Counted from the first letter of the whole stretch, positions 36,936 to 50,075 are shown. The stretch: 62,972 bases of DNA, filler included, from Asterionella formosa (GCA_002256025.1; 14 parts of 14 records of this genome joined end to end with filler, not necessarily neighbours in it), one strand, 5' to 3'. Numbers and translations are program-made. Notes: generated by a model from the sequence alone, not told the origin.

Positions 36936-37768
36936 AAGTTCAACTAAGATCCTGCTCTTGAGGCTAATACATTCGCAACACGCATTTTACTTAATGAAAT
37001 AGTAAGGTTATTTGTGGTGTCTNNNNNNNNNNNNNNNNNNNNNNNNNNNNNNNNNNNNNNNNNNNNTTAATTAATTAANNNNNNNNNNNNNNNNNNNNNN
37101 NNNNNNNNNNNNNNNNNNNNNNAAGAGTATCATACTGTTGGCCACTATAAGTAGAGCGGGCGTCCAAAGGTATGTTTCGAGTCATAGAGACTCGACTGTG
37201 GGGGGCAGTATTGAATCGCTCTTCAAGAGAGATACGGTGGTAGGAATTATGGCGTCGACCATGTGTCGTGATGTGATCATGAAGCGGGTCAGATTGTATG
37301 CTGATCGTCATGGGGTAAGGTATGACTTTACGCATAGTAGGATTAGTAGGAGCCGCTGAGTGGACACTTGGTGTTGCAGAAGGGGTTCCAAGTGTCTCGA
37401 GTAAAGATGCCAGCTGGCGATCCAAACTACAGAAAAGATGCGGTTGGCTGGTAGGAGAAACGTCTGGGATACGTGGGTAAGTACCATGAAGGCGTGTGGA
37501 ATGTCGGGGGTGCTCAGGGAGTGCAGATGGTGGTGTTGTTGTTCGTGTTGTATGAGCAGGTTGGGTAGCACAGTCATGGTCACTCATAGTTTGGGTGTAT
37601 GTCGATTGTCAAGACGACATTCTGATAAGAAGAGTAAACCAAAAAAGAATGTGTAGAGACTATGATTCTTTGTGTAGAGACTATGATTTGTCACTTCCAC
37701 TTATCAATGCTTCTGCAATGGTATCACCTGGTACTCGGAGTACAGCTAGTAATCAGTACCACGTCCCT

Positions 37769-37965
37769 GGTACGGAGTATATAACAGGTACTCTGATACT
37801 TCGGAGTACTTGAGGAAGTCTCGAGTACCAGTGCAGCTGGAACGGCGGAATATGTACCTGATAGCTGGTACGGAGTATGTAACAGGTACTCTGATACTTC
37901 GGAGCTTTGGAGTACTTGAGGAAGTCTCGAGTATCTGTACAGCTGGTACGGCGGAATATGTACGG
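37769..37965. repeat. two-copy ~98-bp tandem repeat
   Basis: GGTACGGAGTAT.TAACAGGTACTCTGATACTTCGGAG...GGCGGAATATGTAC occurs twice. Confidence 0.8.
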
Positions 37966-38906
37966 GGTACCTGGTACCTTGTACGCAGTGATAATTAAGT
38001 AAGTAGTGTAGCCTATGCACTGTACGGACGCTTGGTATGCTTACTGTACGTGGATGGTGCTGTGGATGGGACGATCAGCGATTCGGTTGTACAATGAAGT
38101 AGATTGCACTGCGTAGGTTTGTACGGTCGAAATTGCTATGACGAAAACACAAGTGATAACTTAGTCAATATTTGTCCGCCCCGCCCTAATATGTATCAAT
38201 GAACGTGGATGGTCTATCCAGATACCAAGGATGCCAGTCACAGTGAAATGATTGATTTTCGTATCACAATTTCGCTGTAGCAATAACAGTGTCGAAACGA
38301 AAAACGAAAAAGCAAGTACGATGATTGTCCTTGGTGCTTCTGGTTCACAAGTGAACCGCACGACACCCAGTTAGATAAACCCCGTAGCCGGCAACTATCG
38401 ATGTACTGTAGATCAATAGTGCAACAAAGTAGTGCGTAGGTTTGCGATTACGAACGACGATCACCACGTAGTGTAATAATTCCGTAGCGGAAGATCTGAC
38501 TCAACGAGAACGAACTACCGGAGTAGTGTATTGTGGTAACTGGTAAACAGTACTTATGAAACACTCGTGCACAGATGATCGTTCACAGTAGAGTATTTTC
38601 GTAGCCAAAATAGTGTGAAGATATGAAAACGATTCACGACGAAAAAAGAAAAACGCCGTTGACGATGTGTTGCGAATGAAAAGCAGGCAACCTTTGAATG
38701 CCAAATAGCACTCTTTTGATAAAGATTAATCAATACACTTGTCTACTTCTGCTGTGTGTAGTATATAGATAGACAGATGTAGCAGCCAAATGAATGATGC
38801 GAAAACAATCAAAAGCGAACGAGATTTTTCGATCGGCGACGACAGTGAGATGGAATTAAATATCAACAATTTCGTTTCTTTCAAGGAAACAGCTTAGGCT
38901 CATAAC

Positions 38907-39045
38907 CTGCAGTGAAAGAGGGGACAAGAGAGATCGACGAGGTCGATGAACGAGGAGACGATAGAAGAGGGGAGTCCGATAACTAACCTGACAAGCTCAA
39001 AAGGAGATTGGAAGGTGTGTTTGTTATAAGAGTGATTAGATTAAG
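38907..39045 (-). repeat. first-exon/intron-like module, copy 2
   Basis: 53-nt ATG-less exon-like block, CAG|GTTAGT donor at 38987, pyrimidine tract and TGCAG acceptor at 38907. Confidence 0.7.
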
Positions 39046-39344
39046 TTGATATAGAAGAACGATGATTTAAATAAGATGCATAGGTACTGTCAGACAAACA
39101 GACACAGACATATACTGACACGTCATGTAAAGAGGTGATTCACAACATTTAATGATCTTGAATATTGGGACAGCACCTTGAAACAATGACCTTGCTCTAT
39201 GATCCATTATATATTTCATGAAGTTCATCCAACTGATGTAAAGGTTATATTTGACCTGGATGAGAGCCCAGAAAAGGGTAATGACAGACCATATATATAC
39301 CAAGGTGATTGTGATCCACTTCATCCTAACAGTAACTACTGTAT

Positions 39345-40231
39345 GTGCTAATTTTTTCTTGCAAAAGATCAGATGAGGAGGAAAACAACCATTTTGTGCA
39401 TTATCTTTTTGCTATAAATGATGAATTATGTAAAGTTTGTGATCCAGGAAAAGATGCAAGTTTGGATAAGCATCATGATCAAGTATTTCAACTTCCCGTA
39501 AGTATTGCATCACCCCTGGATGCACGAAACAATTGGAATTGTTAAGCACTGATACAGGATATCTTCCAAAAGAATACCATACACCTGAAGAAATTGGTTT
39601 ATCGGAATCTTTCTATAGTGGCACCAAAGCATGGAGCCATTGCAGATCATTATTGCCACTGAACATGATTCCATGTTATTTCAACCAGAAGATGACAGTG
39701 GATGGTCATGTGGACCATTTACAATTGTGAAAGTATTGGAAACTCTATTGCAACTAGAAAGGAATGGCAAAACCAAATTTCTTGGCAACCGGACAGGCAC
39801 AATTCCGTTTGGAGACGGAGTCCTGGAAAGTTTTAGAACGTCAGGTGGTAGGAACTGATCGAATTGACGATTTGTTATCTGTTACATCTGACCCACCAAC
39901 CAAGTCAACATACTTTCATCTTGGAACAGTTTGGCCTCAAGTGACAACGACAAACATTCGTGAGGATATGTTTCAGTTGGAAATAAGAAATTTTCTTCAA
40001 TTTTGTATGGACAAAGTTTTGAGCTCCTATTTAGATTTAAAAATGTTGAACGAAGTATTTGGACGACTTCCTTGCAATTCATCTTTCAAGAAGGATGATG
40101 TTGTCAACGTGAAATCCATGATCCAACAAATGAATGAAAAAGTTGCTCCCTTCAGATGGTATAATCATGCACCTCTTGGCCACATTTCTGGATGCATCAT
40201 AATTGACAAAAAGTTGAATATTATTTTGTAA
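39345..40231 (+). pseudogene. degenerate Ulp1/C48-like cysteine protease gene, copy 1
   Basis: NNHF...VCDP...FQPEDDSGWSCGPF across frameshifted ORFs. Paralogous to 47776-48603. Confidence 0.55.
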
Positions 40232-42128
40232 CTGATGATATGATAGCCCTTCTGGAATCAAATTGAAAAAGTTTACAGACTCATATCGAACTGCAGTTGA
40301 AAAGTGGAGAAGCAAATTTTCTGACAAAACGAGAAGGACCATCTTAGGTTCTTTGGGAGTGAAAAAGAACAAATAGCTAATGGACCATTGGGATCATCCA
40401 ATCTCATCATTCCTCTGGACATTTTAGTTTGTGATGTTGAACTTTTGAGCCAGGTAGAGAGAAAAACGTTGGGCCGCTGGGATGTAGAATAATAGATAGC
40501 ATTGCTAAATTTGATAGTTAAATTATGATCCATTTCACCATCTATTTTGAACAATGCTTGTGATTAGAATTATGATCATGTTTACGATAGATTTACTATG
40601 AAACAATTTAAATGATAGCATAGAGTTGAGCTGATTTTAGGATGTGTTGTAGTAATAATTTACATCAGGCGATCACGAGAATTGAAAATAATATGAGAAG
40701 GTTTATGATGTTGATAAGTAATGTTGTTGATCAGTTTACATACATTGTGTGATGATAATGTTCTTATTATCATTATACTACAAGGCTGGTAAAATATTGA
40801 TAAATCATCATAGTTATAGGATACCTTGATCATAATTTTGATACAAAAATTATCATCTATACGAAAATCCTGTGCCACTTAGCATATGATACCCTTGATC
40901 CTATATGCATGATACTTTTTTTTGCAGATGAACCAGTTTCATCATCATCTGATGAGTGATCAGTGGTCATGACATGGGTTTCGTTTTTATGTTTAAATCT
41001 CTAAAATGAGTATTTTCTGCTATGTCCAGTGTCTGTAATGACTATTACAAATCGGAATTGCCGAGTGCCAGATGATTCGGTCGTCTCTCATTGCGACGAT
41101 GTGGAGTAAAAATGGCATGATGAGCTTACTTATTTTTCTTTGTTGTATTGTTGTTGAAGCACCTGGAAGCGCCGTTTTCAATACTCTGGATTTCAGTTTC
41201 AGTATGTTGCATCTGACGCTTTGTTGTTACATTGATAACTGGTGTGTGATGCGGATTTTGCAGATCATCATATGTAGTATCCACGTTTGCAAGCGTGGTG
41301 TGACTGGAGTCGAGTGAGTGCCCAGCCATGGAAGAAAGAGATGTTTTGGTCTCTGTAGCCGTGATCACAGGAATGTGTGCTGTCGGCTTTTGCTGGCAGT
41401 CACCGCTTGCCATTTCTAATAACTGGAACTGGTGTGCAGAGACTGCTACTGAATTGGAAGGAAAAGAAGAGTCTAGCATGGGGTCGCTTTGTTCATTGTT
41501 TTTGGTGGTACTGCAGCAGGTCGTGTTGTCCGTGATGAGATGTTCTTTTGCTGTAGGTTGACTTTTCGTCCAGTCGTTTTGTTTGTCATTGGTCAAGTGG
41601 GTCTGATTTCCCTTTTTAAAGTGTGTCTTCATTGTTGCCATTGCATGGTGATGAAGATCGAAAGTGGGCTCCGTGGTGTAAAGAGAGTAGTCTGCCGTGA
41701 AATCGATGGTATTAACCTGCTGTTCTGTCGTTTTTCGTTGACGGAATAAATCGTTCCTTGTTCCCCCAATACCTAAGGTGGCTTTTCAGCATTTGCCTCC
41801 CTTTCGTGAGAGGAGGAGGGAGGAGGAACCTTTCAACCAGAGCACTACGTAGGTCCAGTAGGCCTGTGGTACACTTTTGTATGTAGTAGCTAAGTATGAT
41901 TTTCACTTTTCCACGTAGGTGAAACTATATTTTGTGTTACCGGTATAATTCATTCCATGAACATAATTCCATGCTATATAGGATCTATAGTTTTCTATCT
42001 ACACAAAATCGAGCATACTCAGGACTCAGTACATACCAGGTAAAGGGCGATACGTTTGGTTTGAAACTACCGGTATTTTATCATCCGCATATTGGTAGGT
42101 GAAGTGAGATCAAGGTGCCGATATGTAC

Positions 42129-43105
42129 GGTCCATTACATTTTTTGCATAAAAGTGTCAGAAAATGCATAATGAGTTAGTTGGGGGAACTCGGGATTACT
42201 TTTTTTGACTAAATTTGTAGCAAATCAATATTAATTTCTATCAATGATAGAAACTTTTTCTAACTAAATTTTCAATCACTCTTTCTCCTTAGTAAATTGA
42301 AAATCGAAAAATAAAAATATATTTGTACTACTGTACATTTTTTCAAGAAATCGGATGCATAATGTATCAGATGTACTTACATTTTCGACATGGAACACAT
42401 CATACATGGAACAAACCTTGTATAAACTTTTTACATTCCGGATATAGCATTAAATATAACCGGTATATATGCTTGGCATACATACTACTGGGTATGTACT
42501 ACCAGTACTTGCATGTGTGTTTGTACAGCTGACTGTGGTATGGGGTCGATGAGACAACAACTCCATCTTGACCATGACGAAATTATGGAGTTGAATATCT
42601 TCACGAATATTGACAATGAGCAATTCCTATTTCGCACGTGTATGTAGACTAACATGAAATAAATTTTTTTTAACAATGGGCGCTGGAAGTTGTTTTTGGT
42701 CGTCATTTGCTCAGTTTTGAAGATATGACCAAACTAGAAACATTTTCGAGTCCGCGTTTTATGATTAGCTTGACAACTTTGACTAGATGCAGTTTTCTAT
42801 GGTTTGTAGAAATATATGAGAAAACTTGAGCGACAGTATTCTCGGAGAGGGAACAACATTTCAAGATGCAACGAATTCCTCTACGTCAATTTTTTTCATG
42901 TACACACCAATTGTCATGGTCCATATTTCTATGGAATCTTGATTAGGTCATTTGACAGTTTAATATAGACATACATTCAGCCATTCAACAATACTCTACT
43001 TGTTCTTACGCGAATAAAAACTTCGCATCGCGGAAATGATCACGAACTCCTCTGACTGACGGTTTCTGCATTTTCCGACACTTTTATGCAAAAATGTATT
43101 CTTTC
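42129..43105 (+). mobile_element. MULE-type non-autonomous element, copy 1 (977 bp)
   Basis: 9-bp TSD GATATGTAC (42120-42128, 43106-43114) and imperfect TIRs around TACATTTTTGCATAAAAGTGTC.GAAAATGCA. Homologous to 49069-50075. Confidence 0.88.
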
Positions 43106-43128
43106 GATATGTACCCTAGTAACGAAAG

Positions 43129-43325
43129 TGGGCGCTCTGATATTAAATAATTATTATATCCTGTGTATTATAACACAAGTCGTTGTACTCATAACCCCAA
43201 AATTTGGTAAACCTGGTAAGCATCTTACCAAATTTGATCAACACAAACACATTTTTTTTACAGTTATAAATAACAGTATATTATGTAAGTAGATATTTGG
43301 GCATGAATGACCACATAGAATTTCC
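43129..43325. mobile_element. terminal fragment of the 13447 Harbinger family
   Basis: Matches 13447-13690 with a different partial deletion of the hairpin. Confidence 0.72.
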
Positions 43326-45038
43326 CGTAATGGATACAGTAAATATTGATCATGAGTCTTGATTCCTGTTCGGAAAAAATTGATTGGAGCGAGTAGTTGG
43401 AGGAAAGCCCAGTAGTGTTCGGATGAATGATTACAGGATTCCAGATGGGCAAACTGGTACAGAGAAGTAGCCCAAACAATAAAATCGGATTTACTGTATT
43501 CCCTAAAATTGGTTTCGATTAAATCAACTGAGATAGAGAATAAGCTCGCAGAAAAAATCAATATCCACACTTTCATTAAAATTAGTAAACTTACTCAAAA
43601 CCGCACGAATGAAATGATTCAAGGTCAATTGAAAGTAATGCATATGATTGATGCACATACCTCCAAATGTACTGCCAAAGTATACGTTCTGTTCCTTACT
43701 ACTTCTTGAAGATAGACAATCACTTCCTCTATGAGAAACTTCTTCAACACCATTCCAAATGCAATCCGCCAATTCTGTTAGATCATACAAGCAGAAGTTA
43801 AGTAAGCAAGGAAAATTTCTTCTGCATAGCACACATGTTGCTGATTCAATTCATGGCAGCACAGAGGCCTACACTTTCCTGAGTATCCGTGGAAAATTTA
43901 TGCTAAGCAGTAACCTGAAAGCTCAGTATCTTTGTGAAGATACTGATATTTCCGAACATTTTAAACAGTTCAAGCCAAATCAATGGTTTGACTTTTAACT
44001 GGAATGATGAAACACTGAAGTTTTATAGAGAGATTCTTGTTGATATTGAGAAGCAGAAAGTAATCGAAATGGAATGTGGATCAATCAGTAAGGGTATGCC
44101 TGACATCAATGGTAGACAAGACTATTTTCATTTTCCGGAGTTAACGACTGATGACTGGGATATTTACAATCAAGATCATAATAAATTTTCACTTGTTCAT
44201 CCCTTACCTTTGGACCGATCCAAGGAAGTAAATTCTGTGAACCTACGTGACTATGAAGAAGAGGATATGGAGCTTGGCAATAGTAATTGGAGACCATTTA
44301 AAGTTTCACTAAATAAATACATATGGAATACAACATGATATAAAATTCAATTACATAGATTGTGAAACTAGATCATAAATTAGACCACCCTGTTCCGTCA
44401 TGATGCAATAAGAATGACGAAAATTTCTGGTTGCAACAACATATTGATCTATCAGTGTGTATGTTGTTATCTTGTTGTTTCCGTTCGGTGACAGTGTTTC
44501 GGTTTCTTTGCTCTATAGCTGGCGACAAATAGAAATGAATCTGTAGAGGACCATTTTTTTACTATTATCCAAAGCTCCTCCATGGACTATATCTCCACGC
44601 ATGAGAAAGATGAATTTGAATGGCATGGACAAATGTATTGCATGTTTCTCATCCGCACAATTATCCTATACAATTTAACAGTTCCCTCCAAAAGACAAAG
44701 ACATTATCATTCCCCAAGGCACAGGGTTTTCCCTCTTGCATTCTGTTGGTGTATAATCTTGGCGTGGTTTCTTAGGTTTTGGGTAGCCTTTCTTTCCAGA
44801 ATTGGTGAACAACATAGTGGCAGTGTGTTGTATAGCTCTGTCGCTATTGCTGGAGACATCATCAGAACCTGGTAGTAACAAGCACTTTATCATACACCAA
44901 AATGGTTTTCATTCGTCAGTTCCAGCTTTGAATATGTTAAGCTGTCAGTATAATTCTTGAAAGGAGTCACTTGCATGGCTTTTCCTTCCATGGTATTTGC
45001 AAGTTCTTTGTATTTTGCAGTTGTTTTAAATGTTTGTT

Positions 45039-45701
45039 TCAACAAAAGAATAGGAGGGTGATAGATTTTCTCGGAAGTACAAAAAGATTTGCCACATGTA
45101 AAAATGGGTTGTCTTTTTCTTCTGTTCCAAAAAACTCATCTGGAAGGAAAGATAGATTGAGGAAAAACACGCGTTCTTGTTCAATTCTGTCGATAACATA
45201 GAGGAAGTTATCTGTTCTCAGAACTGTTTTGATTAACCGTAATGAATCAGTGATTAAACCTAGGAAGTATTCTATCTCTACTGCATTTTGCGGCATATTG
45301 TTGTGTCTCTGATGTAGTCTAAAATCTCGAGGAAGGTGAGTCTTCCATAAAATCATCGCTGGTCTTTTATGATTTCGAAATTTCCTTGAAGATCCAAATG
45401 ATGTTTTGTTAAACAAGCCAGACTCTAGGACCACATAGAATTTGTTGAGAACAAAATCCAGGACACTGTCATCTAGCCTCGTCTCTTTGCCTTTGTCATC
45501 ATGATCAAAGTATCTAACCAGTAAGAGTCGTTCCTTATTTTTCCGTTGTCTCTTGAACAGACATGAAATACGCCATAGAAACACGTTTTTCCTGATTGAA
45601 AAATCTGCAATCGGTATCCCCTTCACAACCATTATCGTTCCATTCTTTGTAGCACTCGGAACATTTGCCATTCCGCCCAGATAACAAGTGATATATTGCA
45701 C
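45039..45701 (-). CDS. hypothetical ORF in TE-rich contig (possibly degenerate TE cargo)
   Basis: 220-aa open frame without a canonical ATG at its start. No motif recognised. Confidence 0.25.
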   Translation of the reverse strand: MQYITCYLGGMANVPSATKNGTIMVVKGIPIADFSIRKNVFLWRISCLFKRQRKNKERLLLVRYFDHDDKGKETRLDDSVLDFVLNKFYVVLESGLFNKTSFGSSRKFRNHKRPAMILWKTHLPRDFRLHQRHNNMPQNAVEIEYFLGLITDSLRLIKTVLRTDNFLYVIDRIEQERVFFLNLSFLPDEFFGTEEKDNPFLHVANLFVLPRKSITLLFFC

Positions 45702-45852
45702 TATCGAGAGTGTGCGAATGTCAAGAGTAACATGACTGTAACAGAAGGAAGCAGAAAGGGATATGGTCTGTCAAATATGGGATTAGACAGTGGGTGAGTG
45801 CGGGATCGGTGAGCGATGTCATACCAACAAACTTCGTATTAGACATTAGATT

Positions 45853-47060
45853 GGTAGCGCAAAACTACAGTTTCATAGTACCAGCATAGTTATAGGTAGT
45901 ATAGTTTCACAGTAGCCACGTCATCTTCTGACCGGGTATGAAACCAGGGGAAGACGGGAATGCTGGTAGGGCAAAGCTACAGTTTCACAGTAGCACCTAA
46001 AAACTGCTTTGAACCTCTATCGAAATTATCTTACCGCTTTGAACCAATACACGTAGAATAACACGTTTTGTCACGAATTTCTGATAGTGTACAAATCTGA
46101 ATCGATCCGTCTGTAGCTGCGCATGTAGCGCTTCTCTGAGTATGAACGAGCTACACTGAACATTCATTTGTGTAATCAATTTTTAAATGTGAAAGTGTCA
46201 ATCGACCTTTTTTGGACAAATTAGCGGTTTACCACGACCTCGGAGTATACAGGCATATGTACTACACAAACAAGAATTTGGTAAACCTTATTATCATATA
46301 TTTATTTAGATCGCACATTGATTTGTTTAGCCCCATACTAGTAGAAATTATCATACCAAGTGTATGTAGTACCGGAAATTGATCCCGAATATGCATTATG
46401 AAACGTTGTAATCCGCCTTCCCTGTCGAACATAAATTTTTTCTACGCTATAAAGACATTTTAATATACCGTTTTGAACCTCTGTGATGGATAAATGCATC
46501 GATACAAACAATCCTATCTTCCGTTGTCGATGGAACATGACTGAATCATTTGTCCAATCATAATCCCCCCCCCCCCCCTCTCCCGTGAATATCTGGATCA
46601 TCCAAGATGATTGAAATGAATATATCAGTGTTTAGTCGTTCTAATCGATCGAACGTAGTGAAATAGAGGTTCAAGGCAGTTTTTAGGTGGTACCAGCGTA
46701 GTAAAAGGTATAGTTTCTTAGTACCTACGTCAACTTCCGACCGGGTATTGAAACAAGGGGAAGACGGGAAAGCTGGTAGGGCAAAACTACAGTTTCAAAG
46801 TACCAGCGTAGTAACATGTATAGTTTCACAGTCGTAGCCACGTCATGTTCCGACCAGGTATTGAAACAAGGGGAAGACAGGAATGCTGGCAGGGCAAAAT
46901 ACAGCTTCACAATACCAGCGTAGCAATAGGTAGTACAGGTTCACAGTAGCCATGTCATGTTCTGACCTGGTATTGAAACAAGGGGAAGACGGGAACGCTG
47001 GTAGGGCAAAACTACAGTTTCATAGTACCAGCGTAGTAGTGGGAAAACAGGAATGCTGGT
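45853..47060. repeat. ~112-bp tandem repeat (about 4.5 units) interrupted by a MITE
   Basis: TACCAGC.TAG at 45879, 46691, 46801, 46913 and 47026. Confidence 0.85.
45993..46690. mobile_element. 698-bp MITE with TA TSD (Tc1/mariner-type)
   Basis: 28-bp TIR (G/C)CACCTAAAAACTGC(T/C)TTGAACCTCTAT with TA on both sides. Removing it restores the AGTACCAGC of neighbouring repeat units. Confidence 0.85.
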
Positions 47061-47775
47061 TATACCGGTAGATTATTCAAAACTACTGGTAGACATACAT
47101 TGAACAAAGATTTAAATCTCCAGATGACGACAAATGGTGCACAAAGAAGGCACTTTTGGTAATTATACTGTCATATACCAGTTGCTAATAGGTAATAACT
47201 TCACTCTCAAAGAAGAAAAACATTGACGTCTTGCTAACTGGTGTCCAATATGCGGTTACAAGGTTAGGAAAAATCGGGAACCATCCAAACTTCATCACAA
47301 AGTCTGTTCGAATTGTTCTTTTCTACCGTTTGGTTACTGTTGCGTTTGTTCTCGGGAACACCAGATAGATCCAACGTTCGTGACCTCGTCGCAATTTGGT
47401 TCTGTAACATTTTCTTATCATGATATTAACGGCAGAACTGGATCTGATTACATTCCGACATCATCTTTTAATGTGTCATTCCCCCCAAAAAGTGATAATT
47501 TACCAGATGGGTGGGATATTGCCGCTATAGAAGAACAAGAAAAGACTATACACATTGATTCGATTTCAGGGAAAAGATACAGTATGTTGAAAACTATGAA
47601 TGATGAAGGATTTTTTTGGGATCAAGCAAAACATATTCTTCTCAGAAGGGAAACATTAGCAATATATTCCATAGAGCTGGAACTTATGTTATTTATCAAC
47701 GAAAATTTCTCCGCCATCCAGAAGGACAGAATGACGGCTCACTCTCTGCATGGCCTCAGCAATAACCAAAGCACT

Positions 47776-49063
47776 TTAGAATTCTTTGTCGAATTTCGTG
47801 GTTTCTTCATTATCATGCCAATGGAATGATTTTACAGGATGATTAATCATTTCACTAAGATATGTCAGTTTGGTATCACTTAACGTCGGAGATAACTCAA
47901 AATTAGGACTAAACTCCATTGCTGCAACTTTATCAACACACGAACGCACGAATTTTATATATTCCATAACCGCGTCTTCAATTTCGAAATCTGTGGTATT
48001 GCCAGGAAACGACCATCCAATTCCATTTTTTGCATTAAATTTCATTCCCAAAAATGTATCCCAAGCATCGATTGTTAACTGAGCCTCACTTCGCTTCCCC
48101 ATAAACACCGTTTCTCTACAATGGTGTTACTGAACTAATAATTCCATAAACTTCACAATCGTAAAGGGACTACATGACCATATATCATCCTCGGTTAGTT
48201 GGAAAATAATTGAATCAGTATCTTTGGCCATAAGCCATTTCAGGGGCGCTTGTTTACCTCGACATCTACCGGCAATCTTAAACTGAGGTTCGCCGTCAGT
48301 ATAACCTTGCTTGGATCCTTTGTTTTCACCCAATGTTTTCAAGAATCTTTTGCAATGTAGTGATTCAGCCTTCTTCCTGCCTGATTTCTATTTGCCGAAC
48401 TCTTTTTTCAACTTGACCACATTTTTTGATGGAATAATTTCTTTATCAATATCAAACCCTGGGCAAATTCGGTATTTACGTGCAATCTTGTGAATGCATT
48501 TCAAATGACTTTCCAAACACACTCCATGTTCAGGATCACGTACTTCAACTATGCCTTCATTGAGATCAAAACAATATATAGAACATAATGTTGATGATGA
48601 CAAGTTTGCAAATAAACCAAAAAGAGGAATTCAAGGGAGGGTTGGAGGTAGTAACAGTCAGACGGATAAGGATGCTCAGTATTCCAGTCCTTTAAGTCTT
48701 GAGATTCAACAATGACATGAATATTTTCTAGGGGTGCAATTCATGAACAATGTACTTCACTATTGCGGTCAGAATTTCAATATCCCATTAAGCACAATTG
48801 TCCAGTTTTTCATGATGTTCCCTATACTGTTTTTCTGTCAATTTCAGGAAATATTCATTCTTGCAAAACTGACGTACTTCTGATGGAGTGCGGGAGTATG
48901 TATTGTAGTAGAGTTTAAGGGACTGCAAGCCCAACAGAAGTGGGAAACAGAAGGCTGAATCAAAAACTTGGCAATTCACGCAGAATGGACAGGACTTGGA
49001 TTCCACCCAACAAAACAATAGTGAAACACCATAAAGGTGATCATTGAACTGGTCCAATTCCAC
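47776..49063 (-). pseudogene. degenerate Ulp1/C48-like protease gene, copy 2
   Basis: EVRDP...FQLTEDDIWSCSPFTIVK and FVRSCVDKV align with FQPEDDSGWSCGPFTIVK and FLQFCMDKV of copy 1. Multiple stops. Confidence 0.55.
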
Positions 49064-49068
49064 AACAT

Positions 49069-50075
49069 AGAAGAATACATTTTTGGCATAAAGGTATCAG
49101 GAAATGCAGAAATCGTCAGTCAGGGGAGTTCGTGATCATTTCCGCGATGCGAAGTTTTCATTTGCGTAAAGAACAAGCAGTGTAGTGTTGAATGGCTGAA
49201 AGTATGTCTATAGTAAAATGTCAAATGACCTTATCAAGATTCCATAGAAATAAGGACCACGACAATTAGTGTGTACATGAAAGTCTGTTTGGAATTTGTT
49301 GCATCTTGAAATGTTGTTCCCTCTCCAAGAATACTGTCGCTCAGGTTTTCTCATCTATTTCTACAAACCATAAAAATCCTTATCTAGTCAAAGTTATCAA
49401 GCTAGTCATCGCGGACTAAACACTGTCTCGGTTTTGGTCATATCTTCAAAACTGAGCAAATGACGACCAAAAACAACTTCCAACGCCAATTTCAACTTTT
49501 TGTTGTCAATACTAGTGCAAAAATTTTATTATTGAATGATGATCTCGTCGATTTTAGTGTACATACACGTGCGAAATAGGAATTGCTCATTGTCAATATT
49601 CGTGAAGATATTCAACTCCATAATTTCGTCATGGTCAAGATGGAATTGCTGTCTCATCGACCCCATACCACAGGCAGCTGTACAAACACACATGCAAGTA
49701 CTGGTAGTACATACCCAGTAGTATGTATGCCAAGCATAAATACCGGTAATATGTAACACTATATACGGAATGTATAAAATACATACAAGGTTTTTTGCAT
49801 GTATGATGTGTTCCATGTCGAAAATGTAATTACATCTGATACATTATGCATCCGATTTCTTGAAAAATGTACAGTAGTACAAATATATTTTTATTTTTCG
49901 ATTTTCAATATACAAAGGAAAAAGAGTGATTGAAAATCTAGTTAGAGAAAGTTTCTATCATTGATAGAAGTTTATATTGATTTTCTACAAATTTAGTCAA
50001 AAAAGTAATCCCGAGTTCCCCCAATTAGCTCATTTTGCATTTTCGGACACTTTTATGCAAAAAGTGTAATGGACC
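49069..50075 (-). mobile_element. MULE-type non-autonomous element, copy 2 (1007 bp)
   Basis: 9-bp TSD CCACAACAT (49060-49068, 50076-50084). Reverse complement of copy 1. Confidence 0.88.

Noticed and set aside
42129..50075. A single 7.9-kb element with 1-kb TIRs (Polinton or foldback-like)
   Set aside because: Each arm has its own TIRs and a different 9-bp TSD, no TSD flanks the whole, and no polB, integrase or capsid motifs are seen.
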